Assembly (NCBI GenBank): GCA_031367625.1
Contig: JANLQE010000372.1
Span: 1 to 56,318, forward strand
Length of the DNA: 56,318 nt
Direction: 5' to 3'
Source of the DNA: Bacteroidota bacterium
GTDB taxonomy: Bacteria; Bacteroidota; Bacteroidia; Chitinophagales; Chitinophagaceae
The notes beneath the pieces are model-generated. The model searched no databases, was not told the DNA's origin, and saw only the letters and a program-made list of their open reading frames with translations. The translations under genes and the position numbers were made by a program. Positions 28,268 through 38,336 of this stretch are shown piece by piece. Positions within the stretch are counted from its first letter, which is position 1. The number at the start of each line of letters is the position of its first letter.

Positions 28268-30144
28268 ATAAAGTAATACGACAGTCTGATAATTCGCTGA
28301 GTGAAGTACATAACAGCATAGACACAACGATACACAATAAAGGCTGGCGCAGGATATTTTCCTTTCTTGGGCCTGCATACCTTGTAAGTGTGGGTTATAT
28401 GGATCCGGGTAACTGGGCTACTGACCTGGCCGGTGGCAGTAAATATGGTTATGCACTTATCTGGGTTTTATTAATGAGTAACCTGATGGCACTGTTGCTG
28501 CAGGGGCTTTCTGCAAGGCTGGGTATTGTAAGAGGCAGAGACCTGGCGCAGGCTAACAGGGAAGCGTACCCGAGATTAGTAAATTTTGTTTTGTATATTT
28601 TAGCCGAAGTTGCCATTGCTGCCTGTGACCTGGCAGAAGTATTAGGTATGGCGATAGGCATTCAGTTACTTACGGGGCTACCATTAGTATGGGGTGTAAG
28701 CATTACTGTACTGGATACTTTTTTACTATTGTATTTACAGAAGCTTGGTATGCGTAAAATGGAAGCATTTATTATAGCATTGGTAGCCATTATTGCCATC
28801 GCATTTTTAATTCAGGTAATTTTAGCAAAGCCCGTAGCATCAGAAATTGTAAAAGGATTTATTCCCTCTTTTCCTGACGGTGAAGCATTGTATATTGCCA
28901 TCGGAATAATTGGGGCTACAGTTATGCCGCATAATCTCTATTTACATTCTGCCCTTGTACAATCCCGTAAAATAGAAAAAACGGATTTTGGTATCCGGCA
29001 GGCATTAAAATTTAATCGTATTGATACTACGATAGCTTTAAACATTGCTTTTCTGGTAAATGCAGCTATCCTTATTTTGGCAGCGGCTGTTTTTTTTAAA
29101 ACAGGTAATTCTAATGTAGCCGAAATTAAAGAAGCGCATCGCCTGCTCCCCGGATTTTTAGGAAACACGGCACCCATTTTATTTGCGGTTGCATTAATTG
29201 CTGCAGGCCAAAGCAGTACCGTAACCGGAACCCTGGCAGGGCAAATTATTATGGAAGGCTATCTCAGCCTTCGCATTAACCCCTGGCTACGAAGGCTGGT
29301 AACAAGGTTAATAGCCATTACACCTGCGCTGATTGTAATAATTATTTATGGCGAAAAAAAAGTAGATGCCCTTTTAGTGATGAGCCAGGTAGTGCTGAGC
29401 CTTCAGTTGGGGTTTGCTATTATTCCGCTGATACATTTTGTAAGTGATAAAAAAACGATGGGGAATTTTGTAATAAAACCAGTTACCAAAATTTTGGCCT
29501 GGGTGATAGCTGCCATTTTGGTTTATCTAAATTTAAAAATGTTACTGAATGAAATAATTCCTTCATTTGCCAACCATACTTTACTTTTAAAATTTTTTAT
29601 AATATTTATGGGGATATTTTTTGCTGCATTGCTTATGTATATTATTTTATTTCCCTTCTTATCTAAAAAAGCAAAAATTAAATCTATCCAGATACATAGC
29701 GCACCGGATTTATTAAGCAATCTTATACCACCTGCTTATAATAAAATTGCCGTAGCACTGGACTTTAGCGAAAACGATTATAAAATATTGTCTGCTGCCC
29801 TGGGCCAGGGTAATGTACAGAGCAGTTACGTTTTAATTCATATTGTAGAAAGCGCTTCGGCAAAACTGCATGGTATAGAAAGCGATGATTATGAAACAAA
29901 AAAAGATAAAGAGCGCATGAATTTATACCTGCAGCAATTAACCCAAAAGGGAATTAAGGTAACTGCAGAAATAGGGTTTAAAAGCAGGGTAAAAGAAATT
30001 GTACGCATTGTAAAAGTAAGCAATGCTGATATGCTTGTAATTGGCGCACATGGCCATACCGGGATAAAAGATCTGCTTTATGGGGAAACTGTAAATGCGG
30101 TACGGCACGAATTAAAAGTGGCTGTACTGGTAGTTACTTTGTAA
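28264..30144 (+). CDS. mntH: Nramp Mn2+/Fe2+ transporter with C-terminal USP domain (start revised to ATG 28264)
   Basis: VGYMDPGNW, MPHNLYLHS, GQSSTVTGT; C-terminal KIAVALDFS...MLVIGAHGH...GETV. Confidence 0.95.
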   Translation: MNKVIRQSDNSLSEVHNSIDTTIHNKGWRRIFSFLGPAYLVSVGYMDPGNWATDLAGGSKYGYALIWVLLMSNLMALLLQGLSARLGIVRGRDLAQANREAYPRLVNFVLYILAEVAIAACDLAEVLGMAIGIQLLTGLPLVWGVSITVLDTFLLLYLQKLGMRKMEAFIIALVAIIAIAFLIQVILAKPVASEIVKGFIPSFPDGEALYIAIGIIGATVMPHNLYLHSALVQSRKIEKTDFGIRQALKFNRIDTTIALNIAFLVNAAILILAAAVFFKTGNSNVAEIKEAHRLLPGFLGNTAPILFAVALIAAGQSSTVTGTLAGQIIMEGYLSLRINPWLRRLVTRLIAITPALIVIIIYGEKKVDALLVMSQVVLSLQLGFAIIPLIHFVSDKKTMGNFVIKPVTKILAWVIAAILVYLNLKMLLNEIIPSFANHTLLLKFFIIFMGIFFAALLMYIILFPFLSKKAKIKSIQIHSAPDLLSNLIPPAYNKIAVALDFSENDYKILSAALGQGNVQSSYVLIHIVESASAKLHGIESDDYETKKDKERMNLYLQQLTQKGIKVTAEIGFKSRVKEIVRIVKVSNADMLVIGAHGHTGIKDLLYGETVNAVRHELKVAVLVVTL

Positions 30145-30712
30145 CAACGGCCAGTCTTTTATTCAGGTAATCGTTCCACTTTTCCTGAACATTTTTTACC
30201 TGGCCATTTTTCGTTTGCCCGTCATAATCATCCTGAAGTTTATTCATCAGATCGCAGCATTCTTTGTAAATGCGTGGCAACAGTGCATTATAATTACCTG
30301 TTGTAATAACAGTATTTTTTATTTTATCTGCAAAAACAGATGCCGCAATAAAAGTTATATCAAAATGGTGCTGCTCGTGGTTTAATATATATCCTGTTTT
30401 TTTATCCGGCTTTACCCAGGATTTGTCTTTACTGAAGTAACAATATACACCGATATTTAATTGCCCCTTGCTACCATTATTTTTAATTGATGCTTTATAG
30501 CCAAAGCCCGACAGGGTAATTGCGGCAACATTACCACCTGTATTGGGCGTTCCTGTAAAATCCGTCCATTGCAAGTTATTATAAGGCTGGTAATAAATAA
30601 CACCGGAAGCCGGCATTCCTGATTGCTCCGTCCAGTAAACATTGGTAGCAAGCTGTGCATGTGCATTTGCCGAAAAGGAAAATATAAACCAGAGCAAAGA
30701 AAAATATTTCAT
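30134..30712 (-). CDS. Secreted DUF922-like putative Zn-dependent peptidase
   Basis: Signal peptide (AHAQ), LQWTDFTG, SWVK, ILNHEQHHFDIT (HExxH), YDGQT. Confidence 0.8.
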   Translation of the reverse strand: MKYFSLLWFIFSFSANAHAQLATNVYWTEQSGMPASGVIYYQPYNNLQWTDFTGTPNTGGNVAAITLSGFGYKASIKNNGSKGQLNIGVYCYFSKDKSWVKPDKKTGYILNHEQHHFDITFIAASVFADKIKNTVITTGNYNALLPRIYKECCDLMNKLQDDYDGQTKNGQVKNVQEKWNDYLNKRLAVVTK

Positions 30713-30805
30713 CCTGAAATTTACTCAAAACAACAACCTATTATGCAAAAAAAATATTAATAGGGATACAATTACAAATAGATTAACAGGCAAATTGTTT
30801 ATCCT

Positions 30806-31819
30806 TCACACTCTTCCAATACGCTCATACACTTTTTGCACAATGGCATCAACGTCTTGTTTTTCCATACAATTAAAATGTTCCAACGGGCATGTTTTTG
30901 TACCATACTTACTACAGGGCTGGCAGCGTAATTTTAAATAAATATTTTCATATACAGGCTTTTTCTGCTGCTGCATAAAAATACTGCCGTAATAAGGTTC
31001 TACATCCAACAGAGGCGAAGTAGCACCCCAGATAGCGAGTACCTGTTTTTTAAAAGCGCAGGCAATGTACTGCAGGCCTGTATCGTGTGAGATAACCAAT
31101 TTAGATTGGCGGATCAGGTCTGCTGATTCATTCAAATTAAATTTACCGCAGGCGTTATAAATTTTTACCGGATCTACATCTGCAATTTGCCGCCCGGCAG
31201 CAGCATCTTCTTTTCCACCTAATAAAATAATTGGATGTTCTATTTTATAACAGAGTTCCTGTAGTTTATGCACCGGTAATTTTTTTGTATGGTAGGATGC
31301 GCCGATCACCACGGCAATAAACCCGGCATGATGAGCAGTTGGTATATCATGCTCTTTCACAATATCTTTTTCTGCAATAAAATAATCTAACCCAAGCCCG
31401 TCATCTGTTATGCCTAATGGGGCTACAGTATCAAGGCTGCGCTGCGTAATATGCCTGTGTGGCATTGTATTAATATTTAATTCTGTAAGCAGAAATTTTT
31501 GAATGCTTAATTTATCTATAGTATAATGTTTTGCTTTTAATGCCTTTTTTATTTTCGTACTCCTGAAGTTTTTGTGCAGGTCTATTACATAATCATAATT
31601 TTCTGTTTTAAATTCTTCTATCAATAAATCAAGATTATCACCATCAAAATAAAAAAAACGGTCAATATAAGGATTGCATTCTGTTACCATTTTAAATGAC
31701 AACTTGGTTACAAAATGCAGTTCTGCACCGGGCATTTGTTTTTTAATACAGCGCATCACCGGGCTTGCCAGAACAATATCACCGATAGAGGAAAATCTTA
31801 TAACAAGTATTTTTGACAA
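30806..31819 (-). CDS. Glycosyltransferase family 9 (LPS heptosyltransferase-like)
   Basis: KILVIRFSSIGDIVL, DYVIDLH, SHDTGLQYIA, IWGAT, CQPCSKYG. Confidence 0.92.
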   Translation of the reverse strand: MSKILVIRFSSIGDIVLASPVMRCIKKQMPGAELHFVTKLSFKMVTECNPYIDRFFYFDGDNLDLLIEEFKTENYDYVIDLHKNFRSTKIKKALKAKHYTIDKLSIQKFLLTELNINTMPHRHITQRSLDTVAPLGITDDGLGLDYFIAEKDIVKEHDIPTAHHAGFIAVVIGASYHTKKLPVHKLQELCYKIEHPIILLGGKEDAAAGRQIADVDPVKIYNACGKFNLNESADLIRQSKLVISHDTGLQYIACAFKKQVLAIWGATSPLLDVEPYYGSIFMQQQKKPVYENIYLKLRCQPCSKYGTKTCPLEHFNCMEKQDVDAIVQKVYERIGRV

Positions 31820-31828
31820 GTGCTTAAT

Positions 31829-33055
31829 TTAATTTTCGATGTAGTTTAAATCTTTACCGAAAGTTTCTTCTGTAAAATATGCGGCAATTATACTGATGAT
31901 CATTACAATAATGCCGGTAAATAATCCTGCTTTTGTATAAGTAGTATAATGCTGCAGGCCATTAAATAATAACAGCATAAGTGGCAACGAACCCCTGACC
32001 ATATTAGGCACTGTGGTGGCTGCGGTAGCCCTCAAATTTGTACCAAATTGTTCTGCTGCCATGGTAACAAAAATAGCCCAGAAGCCAGTACCAAAGCCTA
32101 ATGCCGCACAAATAATATACATTGCTGCCGCAGAATTATTCCATGGCGAAAAATATAATGCAATGGAAACGATGGTAAGAAAATAGAAAATAAATAAGGC
32201 CTTTTTTCTGCTCTTAAGCCATTGGCTTACAAAACCGGCCAATACATCGGCAACAGAAATGGCAACGTAAGCATACATGGTAGCTTTGCCAGGAAGAATT
32301 TCATCAACTATACCAAAGCGCTTACCAAATTCATTTGAAAAAACAATTAATATCCCTATCACATACCAGGTAGGCAGGCCTATAAAAATGCTGAAAATAT
32401 ATTTGCGAAAGCGGCCTGAATTATTAAAAAACATACCAAAATTTCCACGGGAGACTTTCATTTCTTTTACGTGTTTATACATGCCGGATTCAAAAACACT
32501 GATGCGTAACACCAATAAACAAAACCCAAGGCCGCCGCCAATAAAATAACAGATACGCCAGTCAAAATTTTTGGAGATAAAATAAGCAACCACCGCACCG
32601 GTTAATCCCACACCCGCCACAAGCGATGTAGCAATACCTCTTTTTTCTTTGCTCACCAGTTCGGATACGAGTGTGATGCCTGCGCCCAATTCGCCGGCCA
32701 AACCTATACCTGCTACAAATCTTGTAAGTGCATATTGATTTACGGTATGCACATAGCCATTTACAATATTTGCAAGAGAATATAATATTATAGAACCAAA
32801 CAACACACTCAGCCTTCCTTTTTTATCGCCCATTATGCCCCAGATAATACCGCCAATCAGCAATCCAATCATCTGAACACTGATAATAAACTCTCCGGCT
32901 TTTTTTACGCCTTCGGCATCCAATCCTAAGGAACGTAAACTTGGTACCCTCACAATCTGAAAAAGCAGCAGATCATAAATATCTACAAAATAGCCCAGCG
33001 CTGCCACAAGCACAGTAATATTAAAAACAGATGAAGTAGCAGAAGTTTTTTCCAT
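31829..33055 (-). CDS. MFS transporter
   Basis: GYFVDIYDL, GDKKGR, RFVAGIGLAGELG, EQFGTNLRATA. Confidence 0.92.
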   Translation of the reverse strand: MEKTSATSSVFNITVLVAALGYFVDIYDLLLFQIVRVPSLRSLGLDAEGVKKAGEFIISVQMIGLLIGGIIWGIMGDKKGRLSVLFGSIILYSLANIVNGYVHTVNQYALTRFVAGIGLAGELGAGITLVSELVSKEKRGIATSLVAGVGLTGAVVAYFISKNFDWRICYFIGGGLGFCLLVLRISVFESGMYKHVKEMKVSRGNFGMFFNNSGRFRKYIFSIFIGLPTWYVIGILIVFSNEFGKRFGIVDEILPGKATMYAYVAISVADVLAGFVSQWLKSRKKALFIFYFLTIVSIALYFSPWNNSAAAMYIICAALGFGTGFWAIFVTMAAEQFGTNLRATAATTVPNMVRGSLPLMLLLFNGLQHYTTYTKAGLFTGIIVMIISIIAAYFTEETFGKDLNYIEN

Positions 33056-33064
33056 GAAGAAAAA

Positions 33065-34009
33065 TTATGAAGAAGGGCCGGTTTTACTTTTACCAAAAAA
33101 TAATTTTATCAGTACCGGCGCTGTTGTTATTAATACGATACCTATCACGATTATCTCCAGGTGTTTTTCCAGATCAACCCCAAATTGTTTTTTACTGAAT
33201 GCATTTAAATAATGCCCGATAAAAAGCATGGAAGTAACCCATGCTATACAACCAACGATATTATAAAAGCTGAATTTCTTTTTATCCATATTCACAATAC
33301 CTGCAACAATGGGTGCAAAGGTTCTGATAAAAGGAAGAAAGCGGGCAAATATAATTGCACTTCCGCCATGCTTATCATAAAAATCTTTTGCCTGGTATAA
33401 ATATTTTTTCTTAAAAAGAAAACGGTCTCTCCAGTTAAACATTGCAGGCCCCACTTTACGCCCGGTAATATAGCCCAGCATATTACCAAGAATGCCTGCA
33501 ATGGTACATAACCCTGCAATGATAAGCAGGTTTAAAAAATCGCTGCCGGTGTTTAAAGAAATAGAATCAACCAATGGAGTGCTAAGGATACCTGCAACAA
33601 ATAATAAAGAATCACCAGGGAAAAAGAAGCCGATAAATAATCCTGTTTCTGCAAAAATGATGAACAGTAATAACCATATACCACCGTACAAAATATAAAA
33701 CATTGGTGTTAATAAATCTGTCCAGCTAAATTTTTTATCTAATATTAACTTCTTTGCTGCCTCAATGCTTTTAAGAGAAATGGTTTTGTTACTATACCCA
33801 TTTTTAATAACAGTTAATGAATCTGAAAGTGTAACCGGGATAGTTATGCTGCCTTGTTTGTTAGAAACATAATCAATATTATTTATACTGATGATGGCAT
33901 GCTCTACATCTTGTTTATACTGATTGGATAAATTTATTGTAATAGAATCCTGCGCTCCGCAACTTAACATGCAAATTAAAAAAACAGGAAGAAAAACAAA
34001 TTGCTTCAT
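33065..34009 (-). CDS. DedA/VTT family protein with an extra N-terminal exported domain
   Basis: FAETGLFIGFFFPGDSLLFVAG and ARFLPFIRTFAPIVAG core, preceded by ~93 extra residues with a signal peptide. Confidence 0.9.
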   Translation of the reverse strand: MKQFVFLPVFLICMLSCGAQDSITINLSNQYKQDVEHAIISINNIDYVSNKQGSITIPVTLSDSLTVIKNGYSNKTISLKSIEAAKKLILDKKFSWTDLLTPMFYILYGGIWLLLFIIFAETGLFIGFFFPGDSLLFVAGILSTPLVDSISLNTGSDFLNLLIIAGLCTIAGILGNMLGYITGRKVGPAMFNWRDRFLFKKKYLYQAKDFYDKHGGSAIIFARFLPFIRTFAPIVAGIVNMDKKKFSFYNIVGCIAWVTSMLFIGHYLNAFSKKQFGVDLEKHLEIIVIGIVLITTAPVLIKLFFGKSKTGPSS

Positions 34010-34051
34010 AAAATTTATTAGGTATTTAAATTGATGTATTTTAAAATTTAT

Positions 34052-35632
34052 TTATCCCTCTGCTTCTCCTTGCAATTCTCCTTCCCATTTACTTACTACG
34101 GCCGTGGCCACGCTGTTACCTACAACATTTGTGGCACTGCGGCCCATATCCAATAAGGGATCTATACCAATCAATAAAGCAATGCCTGCTTCGGGAATAT
34201 TAAAAGTGGCCAATGTTCCGGCAATTACCACCAGTGATGCACGGGGCACACCTGCTATACCTTTACTGGTAAGCATTAATACCAGTAACATACTTATTTG
34301 TGTGGCAATATCAAGATGTATCCCATAACTCTGTGCTATAAATATTGATGCAAAAGTCATATACATCATACTCCCATCCAGGTTAAAAGAATACCCCAGG
34401 GGCAGTACAAAACTCACGATCTTATCCCTGCATCCAAAACGTTCCAGTTCCATCATTGTTTTAGGAAATGCTGCTTCGCTGCTGGAAGTGCTGAAGGCTA
34501 ACAATATGGGATCTTTAATTCTTTTAATGAGTGTGAAAATCCGGTTTTTCAAAACCAAAAATCCTGCAAATATAAGTACCATCCAAAGTAATGCGAGGCC
34601 CAAATAAAATTCGCCAATAAAAATTGAATAAGTCTTTAAAATCCCCAGGCCTTGTTTGGCAATGATTGCCGTCATAGCACCAAATACTGCAACCGGCGCA
34701 AAGTTCATAACATAACCCGTAACTTTTAAAATGATATGCGCAAATACATCCAGCGCTTTTATTACCGGTGTGGCAATATCTCCCAAAGCAGCCGCAGCCA
34801 CACCAAAGAATAAAGAGAAAACTACTATCTGCAGTATTTCGTTTTTTGCCATTGCATCTATAAAACTTGCAGGAAACACATGATAAAAAAAGTCTTTGAG
34901 GGTAAGTGCTGCTTTATCAATGCCGGCGTTTGCAAGATTATCAGGTAATGGCAAATGCATAGAACTGCCCGGTTGAAAAAAATTCACCAATATCATTCCC
35001 AGTAACAGGCTCATTAGTGAGGCGCTTATAAACCACAACAGGGTTTTACCACCAATGCGGCCTACCGCTTTTATGTCACCCAATTTTGCTACACCTACAA
35101 CAAGCGTTGTAAATACAAGCGGAGCTACAATCATTTTTATGAGCCGTATAAAAATATCTGCAAGCATGGTGAACCAATCAAGTTTTTTATCACGTGCTTT
35201 AAAGTTTTCTGCTTTTTGTATATCAACAAATTGTTTTTCTTTTTGAAGAGATTTGTAACCGGCATTGGAGGTATCTGTCAATAAAGCAATGCGGCTGTTT
35301 ATATTTTTAAGTGAGTCAGTATAAAAAACCAGCTCATCCAATCCGCCCGTATTGGCATCATTATCTAAAATAGAACGCTCTGCAGATTTTTTTTTTATGG
35401 TAACTGCCTCCTTTAATTTATTTAATGCCTGAAAAGCAACCGTATCTTTTGGCGATTCATAAACTTTCATTCTATCCCGCAATAATTTCTGTTGGGCTTC
35501 TGCATTCATTATACGGCCGTTTTCTATACCTACGTAATGACTGTTTAAAATAAACCCGGTTATGATGCCAATTATTAATGCGATACCGATGTATAAGGTA
35601 AGCCTGTTTTTTTTGGATTTCTCCTGATGCAT
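34052..35632 (-). CDS. Dicarboxylate/amino acid:cation symporter (GltP-like) with a large loop insertion
   Basis: FIRLIKMIVAPLVF, FSTSSSEAA, PLGYSFNLDGS, SKGIAGVP, DMGRSATNVVGN. Confidence 0.93.
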   Translation of the reverse strand: MHQEKSKKNRLTLYIGIALIIGIITGFILNSHYVGIENGRIMNAEAQQKLLRDRMKVYESPKDTVAFQALNKLKEAVTIKKKSAERSILDNDANTGGLDELVFYTDSLKNINSRIALLTDTSNAGYKSLQKEKQFVDIQKAENFKARDKKLDWFTMLADIFIRLIKMIVAPLVFTTLVVGVAKLGDIKAVGRIGGKTLLWFISASLMSLLLGMILVNFFQPGSSMHLPLPDNLANAGIDKAALTLKDFFYHVFPASFIDAMAKNEILQIVVFSLFFGVAAAALGDIATPVIKALDVFAHIILKVTGYVMNFAPVAVFGAMTAIIAKQGLGILKTYSIFIGEFYLGLALLWMVLIFAGFLVLKNRIFTLIKRIKDPILLAFSTSSSEAAFPKTMMELERFGCRDKIVSFVLPLGYSFNLDGSMMYMTFASIFIAQSYGIHLDIATQISMLLVLMLTSKGIAGVPRASLVVIAGTLATFNIPEAGIALLIGIDPLLDMGRSATNVVGNSVATAVVSKWEGELQGEAEG

Positions 35633-35771
35633 AGATAAAAATTAGATTTGCAATATAGTATTTAATGCTTGTTATGCACAATAGCCCCTTAAAAAGCTAA
35701 CATCGCTAACGCTATTAAAAATTTATTGCTTAATTTCCCAAAATAATTTCTAACTAAAATTAATTTACTGT

Positions 35772-37424
35772 ATGAGTTTATTTGTAAGAAAACCAATGGC
35801 ATCTTTAATGAATGAAGCCCAGGAAACGGGTACCCATACGCTGAAAAGAACCCTTGGTGCCGGAGGGTTAATTGCATTAGGTATTGGTGCTATTATTGGT
35901 GCCGGATTATTTTCTATTACGGGCATGGCTGCTGCAAATCATGCCGGCCCTGCAATTACCATATCATTTATTGTAGCTGCTTTCGGCTGTCTTTTTGCCG
36001 GGCTATGTTATGCAGAATTTGCCTCTATGATACCGGTGGCAGGTAGTGCATATACCTATTCGTATGCTACCATGGGCGAATTTATTGCATGGATTATTGG
36101 TTGGGATCTTGTGTTGGAATATGCTGTAGGTGCAGCAACGGTTGGTATTAGCTGGAGTAGGTATCTGGTTAAATTTCTGGAAGGCTTTGGTATTAATATT
36201 CCACATAATTTAACGGTGGGGCCGTGGGATGGTGGCATAATTAATATACCTGCTGTATTCATTATAGTGTTGATGAGTTCATTATTAATTAAGGGTACTA
36301 AAGAAAGTGCTAACGTAAACGCATTTATTGTAGGATTAAAAATTACTGTAGTGTTGGTGTTTATTTTTCTTGGCTGGAAATATATTAATAATGCAAACTA
36401 CCACCCTTATATTCCTGATAACAGTGGCACATTTGGCAACTTTGGATTCAGTGGAATTATAAGAGCTGCTGCTATTGTATTCTTTGCATATATCGGGTTT
36501 GATGCTGTAAGTACTGCTGCACAGGAAGCAAAAAATCCTAAAAGAGATATGCCCTGGGGTATTTTGGGTTCTTTGGCAATTTGTACAGTACTCTATATTC
36601 TTTTTGCGCATGTAATGACCGGTGTTACAAGCTATACTACTTTTGCAGGTAAAGATGGTATTGCTCCTGTTGCCATTGCAATAGACCACATGGGTACTGC
36701 AGATGCTTCGGGCGTTATTCATGCTGATTATCCATGGCTGAACCGTGCCATTATTGTTGCAATTCTTGCAGGATATGCTTCCGTAATTCTGGTGATGCTG
36801 ATGGGGCAAAGCCGTGTATTTTTCAGTATGAGCAAAGATGGCCTGATACCAAGAATATTTTCTACTGTAAATCCTAAAACACAAACTCCTGCTAAAAGCA
36901 ATTTGCTATTTATGGGGTTTGTAAGTTTGTTTGCAGCATTTGTACCAGCAAGGGTTGTTGGCGAAATGACCAGTATAGGAACATTATTTGCATTTATTTT
37001 AGTTTGTATTGGTGTATGGGTAATGCGCAAAAAAATGCCTGAACTTCCACGATCTTTTAAAACTCCGTTAGTTCCCTTAGTTCCTATTTTGGGCATTGGT
37101 GTTTGCTTATTTATGATGGTATTTTTACCAATGGATACATGGATACGCTTAATAGTATGGATGTTGATTGGTATGGATATTTATCTTGTGTATGGGGCTA
37201 AACATAGCCACTTAGGCAATGGCACCAGTAACAGAAAAGGTATGAAGGTCGCAAGATATACCGGTTTGGGTCTTTGCCTTTTGCTGGTAATTGCGGGTTT
37301 GCTGCACCAATATACCATGGGATTTGAAACCGACAGAACCTTACTTTATATCGCCATCATTTTTGCTACGGTTCATCTTATTGTTTTTGGCAGAAAGATT
37401 AGCAGAGTAGATTCAGAAGATTAA
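35772..37424 (+). CDS. APC family amino acid permease
   Basis: GIGAIIGAGLF, CYAEFASMIPVAGSAYTY, FFAYIGFDAVST, GTLFAF. Confidence 0.94.
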   Translation: MSLFVRKPMASLMNEAQETGTHTLKRTLGAGGLIALGIGAIIGAGLFSITGMAAANHAGPAITISFIVAAFGCLFAGLCYAEFASMIPVAGSAYTYSYATMGEFIAWIIGWDLVLEYAVGAATVGISWSRYLVKFLEGFGINIPHNLTVGPWDGGIINIPAVFIIVLMSSLLIKGTKESANVNAFIVGLKITVVLVFIFLGWKYINNANYHPYIPDNSGTFGNFGFSGIIRAAAIVFFAYIGFDAVSTAAQEAKNPKRDMPWGILGSLAICTVLYILFAHVMTGVTSYTTFAGKDGIAPVAIAIDHMGTADASGVIHADYPWLNRAIIVAILAGYASVILVMLMGQSRVFFSMSKDGLIPRIFSTVNPKTQTPAKSNLLFMGFVSLFAAFVPARVVGEMTSIGTLFAFILVCIGVWVMRKKMPELPRSFKTPLVPLVPILGIGVCLFMMVFLPMDTWIRLIVWMLIGMDIYLVYGAKHSHLGNGTSNRKGMKVARYTGLGLCLLLVIAGLLHQYTMGFETDRTLLYIAIIFATVHLIVFGRKISRVDSED

Positions 37425-37447
37425 ACAAAGCCTATAATTATTATACT

Positions 37448-37480
37448 AAAATCCCGAAGATAAAAACTTCGGGATTTTTT
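37448..37480 (+). terminator. Intrinsic terminator after the permease
   Basis: AAAATCCCGAAG-ATAAAAA-CTTCGGGATTTTTT. Confidence 0.85.
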
Positions 37481-37589
37481 ATGCATAAAGCAATAGACTA
37501 ATTTGAAAATTAATTTGGTATTATGTTTTATCTCCTCAAAAAATACGTGTATCGCCAACAGCCGATAGTAATTTTGCTGCTTGTGTAAG

Positions 37590-37690
37590 CGGATAAGTGT
37601 AGCCATAGTCCCCGGTACTGATGAATGGATTTACTTATTTTACATAATTCTTCCGGGCAACGCTGCTGTATTGGAATAAACAAAAAATAA
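37590..37690 (-). pseudogene. Relic of a GH92 (alpha-mannosidase-type) N-terminus
   Basis: Manual translation FCLFQYSSVARKNYVK*VNPFISTGDYGYTYP resembles the GH92 start AQ...YVNPFIGTGGHGHTYPG; TAA at 37635-37637. Confidence 0.65.
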
Positions 37691-37699
37691 TATCTAAAA

Positions 37700-37730
37700 T
37701 AAAAAAGCTTCTCTGTAACGGGAAGCTAAA
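37700..37730 (-). terminator. Intrinsic terminator after ssb
   Basis: AGCTTC...GAAGCT hairpin with an A-run on the plus strand (U-tail on minus). Confidence 0.65.
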
Positions 37731-37753
37731 ATAATTTATAAAAAATAATTTAT

Positions 37754-38194
37754 TTAAAAAGGCAGATCGTCATCGGTAGAAACATTTGCAGGCGCAGGAT
37801 TATTGCGAACCGCAGGCGGAGGTGTAGCGCCGGAATGAGTTACATTACCCTGGTTTGATCCCTGGTTTTGGCCATCTGCATTGCCACCAAGTAATTGAAT
37901 ATTTTGTACCCTCATTCGTAAAGTTGCAGCCACCTGTCCGTCTTTATTGGTGTATCCATCTGCTTCAGGAGAGCCTTCGGCATAAACCGTTTTGCCTTTA
38001 GTAAGATATTGTGCAATGGCTGTCTTGTCTGTCCAGTAAGCACAATTTACCCAAATAGTTTTTTCTACAAGGTTACCCTGGCCATCTTTAAATTTCTCAG
38101 AATGGGCTACATTGAAATTAATTACGGTTTTACCGTTTACTTCTTTTTGAATGCAATCTGCGCCAAGGTTTCCTACAATTTGTAATTTAATCAT
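37754..38194 (-). CDS. ssb: Single-stranded DNA-binding protein
   Basis: IVGNLGAD, YLTKGKTVYAEG, acidic tail DDDLPF. Confidence 0.95.
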   Translation of the reverse strand: MIKLQIVGNLGADCIQKEVNGKTVINFNVAHSEKFKDGQGNLVEKTIWVNCAYWTDKTAIAQYLTKGKTVYAEGSPEADGYTNKDGQVAATLRMRVQNIQLLGGNADGQNQGSNQGNVTHSGATPPPAVRNNPAPANVSTDDDLPF

Positions 38195-38336
38195 AACTGT
38201 GTTTTTTAAAGTGATGTATCTGTTTTTAATTATTGTATCTGTACTAAGTTACGGGTTTCATTGGGATTGGTAAATCAGGATTTTGAAATGAAATTTATTT
38301 TATTAGAAATATAACTCCAAAATACCCATTACATTT

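Noticed and set aside
30134-30144. Convergent 3' overlaps (mntH/DUF922; also anmK/SRPBCC at 9566-9572) as antisense regulation
   Set aside because: Overlaps of 7-11 nt are common in compact genomes and there is no further evidence.
37421-37606. 61-aa ORF on the minus strand
   Set aside because: No recognisable motif, crosses a terminator hairpin, and is out of frame with the GH92 relic.
38195-38336. SOS box upstream of ssb
   Set aside because: No CTAA-N5-TTAG found; ACTAAGTTA is only a half-site and overlaps a possible -7-like box.
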